DNA of 64,000 nt, taken from NCBI GenBank assembly GCA_020635655.1, contig JACJZI010000007.1:78323-142322 (forward strand), given 5' to 3'. Position numbers and translations under genes: made by a program. Shown piece by piece: positions 63,335 through 64,000 of the stretch (positions are counted from its first letter, which is position 1; every line of letters starts with the position of its first letter). Source of the DNA: Flavobacteriales bacterium. GTDB taxonomy: Bacteria; Bacteroidota; Bacteroidia; Flavobacteriales_F; PHOS-HE28. The notes under the pieces were generated by a model that was not told the origin of the DNA, ran no database searches, and worked only from the letters and a program-made list of their open reading frames with translations.

Positions 63335-64000
63335 TCAGATCTGGTCGTAGTCGATCACCACGTGCGATGAGCGGGGATGGGACTGACAGGTCAGCACGAA
63401 TCCTTCCTCCACCTCCTGATCGGTCAATGCGTAGTTCATGTCCATCTCCACCCGCCCTTCGATCACCTTGGCCTTGCAAGTGCAACAGACGGCGCCCTTG
63501 CAGGCGAACGGCACGTCCAACCCCGCCTCGATCGCGGCATCGAGAATGGCCTCGCCCCTGGCGGGCACCTGCAGTTGCGACTCCCGTCCGTCCAGGATGA
63601 TCACCACCGTGGCCGGCCCCTGCATCGGAGCATCAGCGGCAGGCGCAGCCCCGTTCTCCTCCTTTTCCTTGATCGCGACCGGACTGGTGAACAGCTCGAT
63701 GTGGATGTGCTTCTTCTCTACGCCGAGCTTCTCCAAGGCCTCGCTCACGTTCACCATCATCTGTTCCGGCCCGCAGATGAAGAACTCGCGATGTAGGGGA
63801 TCGGTGACGAAGCGCTGCATGAGCTGCACGGCCTTTTCCGTGCTGATCCGCCCGTTGAACAGCATGTCCTCGTCCCGGCCCTGGCTCAGGATATGGTGCA
63901 CTTGCAGGCGATCGCCATGGTGGCCCTTCAATTCCTCCAGCTTCTCCCTGAAAATGATGCGGTCCAGGTCGGTGTTCCCATAGAACAACGTGAACCGGCT
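63335..64000 (-). CDS. ferredoxin-NAD(P) reductase with C-terminal plant-type [2Fe-2S] domain (PaaK/PaaE-like), 5' end outside window
   Basis: The frame stays open to base 64000; the track start at 63988 is an internal TTG. NAD-binding region reads FICGPEQMM. Cluster motif is C-x4-C-x2-C...C (FACKGAVCCTCKAKV...LTCQSHP). Confidence 0.85.
   Translation of the reverse strand, partial: SRFTLFYGNTDLDRIIFREKLEELKGHHGDRLQVHHILSQGRDEDMLFNGRISTEKAVQLMQRFVTDPLHREFFICGPEQMMVNVSEALEKLGVEKKHIHIELFTSPVAIKEKEENGAAPAADAPMQGPATVVIILDGRESQLQVPARGEAILDAAIEAGLDVPFACKGAVCCTCKAKVIEGRVEMDMNYALTDQEVEEGFVLTCQSHPRSSHVVIDYDQI

Overview
GC-rich, densely coding chromosomal segment that looks like a Bacteroidota genome. 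The evidence is four T9SS C-terminal sorting domains, TAnnTTTG -7 promoter boxes, and the bamD-rpoZ-coaBC-DUF4835-recN gene order. I support about 52 protein genes, one tRNA-Thr(CGU), one cobalamin riboswitch, several hairpin terminators and ten -7 promoter boxes. I saw no rRNA, CRISPR array, transposase or integrase.

Housekeeping genes:
- Secretion, envelope and lipid: tandem lepB, fabI, bamD, an FKBP isomerase and an M16 peptidase pair.
- DNA, transcription and translation: recN, rpoZ, prfC and an EF-G paralog.
- Cofactor and stress: coaBC and a divergent dps/oxyR pair.

Accessory content most worth follow-up:
1. A cobalamin riboswitch drives a stand-alone, T9SS-sorted beta-propeller gene instead of btuB, cob or metE.
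2. A signalling locus starts with a translationally coupled E1/ThiF-like adenylyltransferase and a GNAT-like protein. It continues into a 7TMR-DISM kinase and a REC-PAS-kinase hybrid, with a divergent stand-alone response regulator.
3. An unrecognised family of three secreted paralogs shares an N-terminal module. One member is 1280 aa with a 67-aa (201-bp) repeat array.
4. A periplasmic-sensor class III cyclase is translationally coupled to a secreted TPR-Ig-caspase-fold protein whose catalytic Cys position reads Ala.
5. A 476-nt hairpin-rich region has no gene and is not explained by the flanking promoter or stop codon.

Many long ORFs in the six-frame track are antisense artefacts of the high GC content and were not called.
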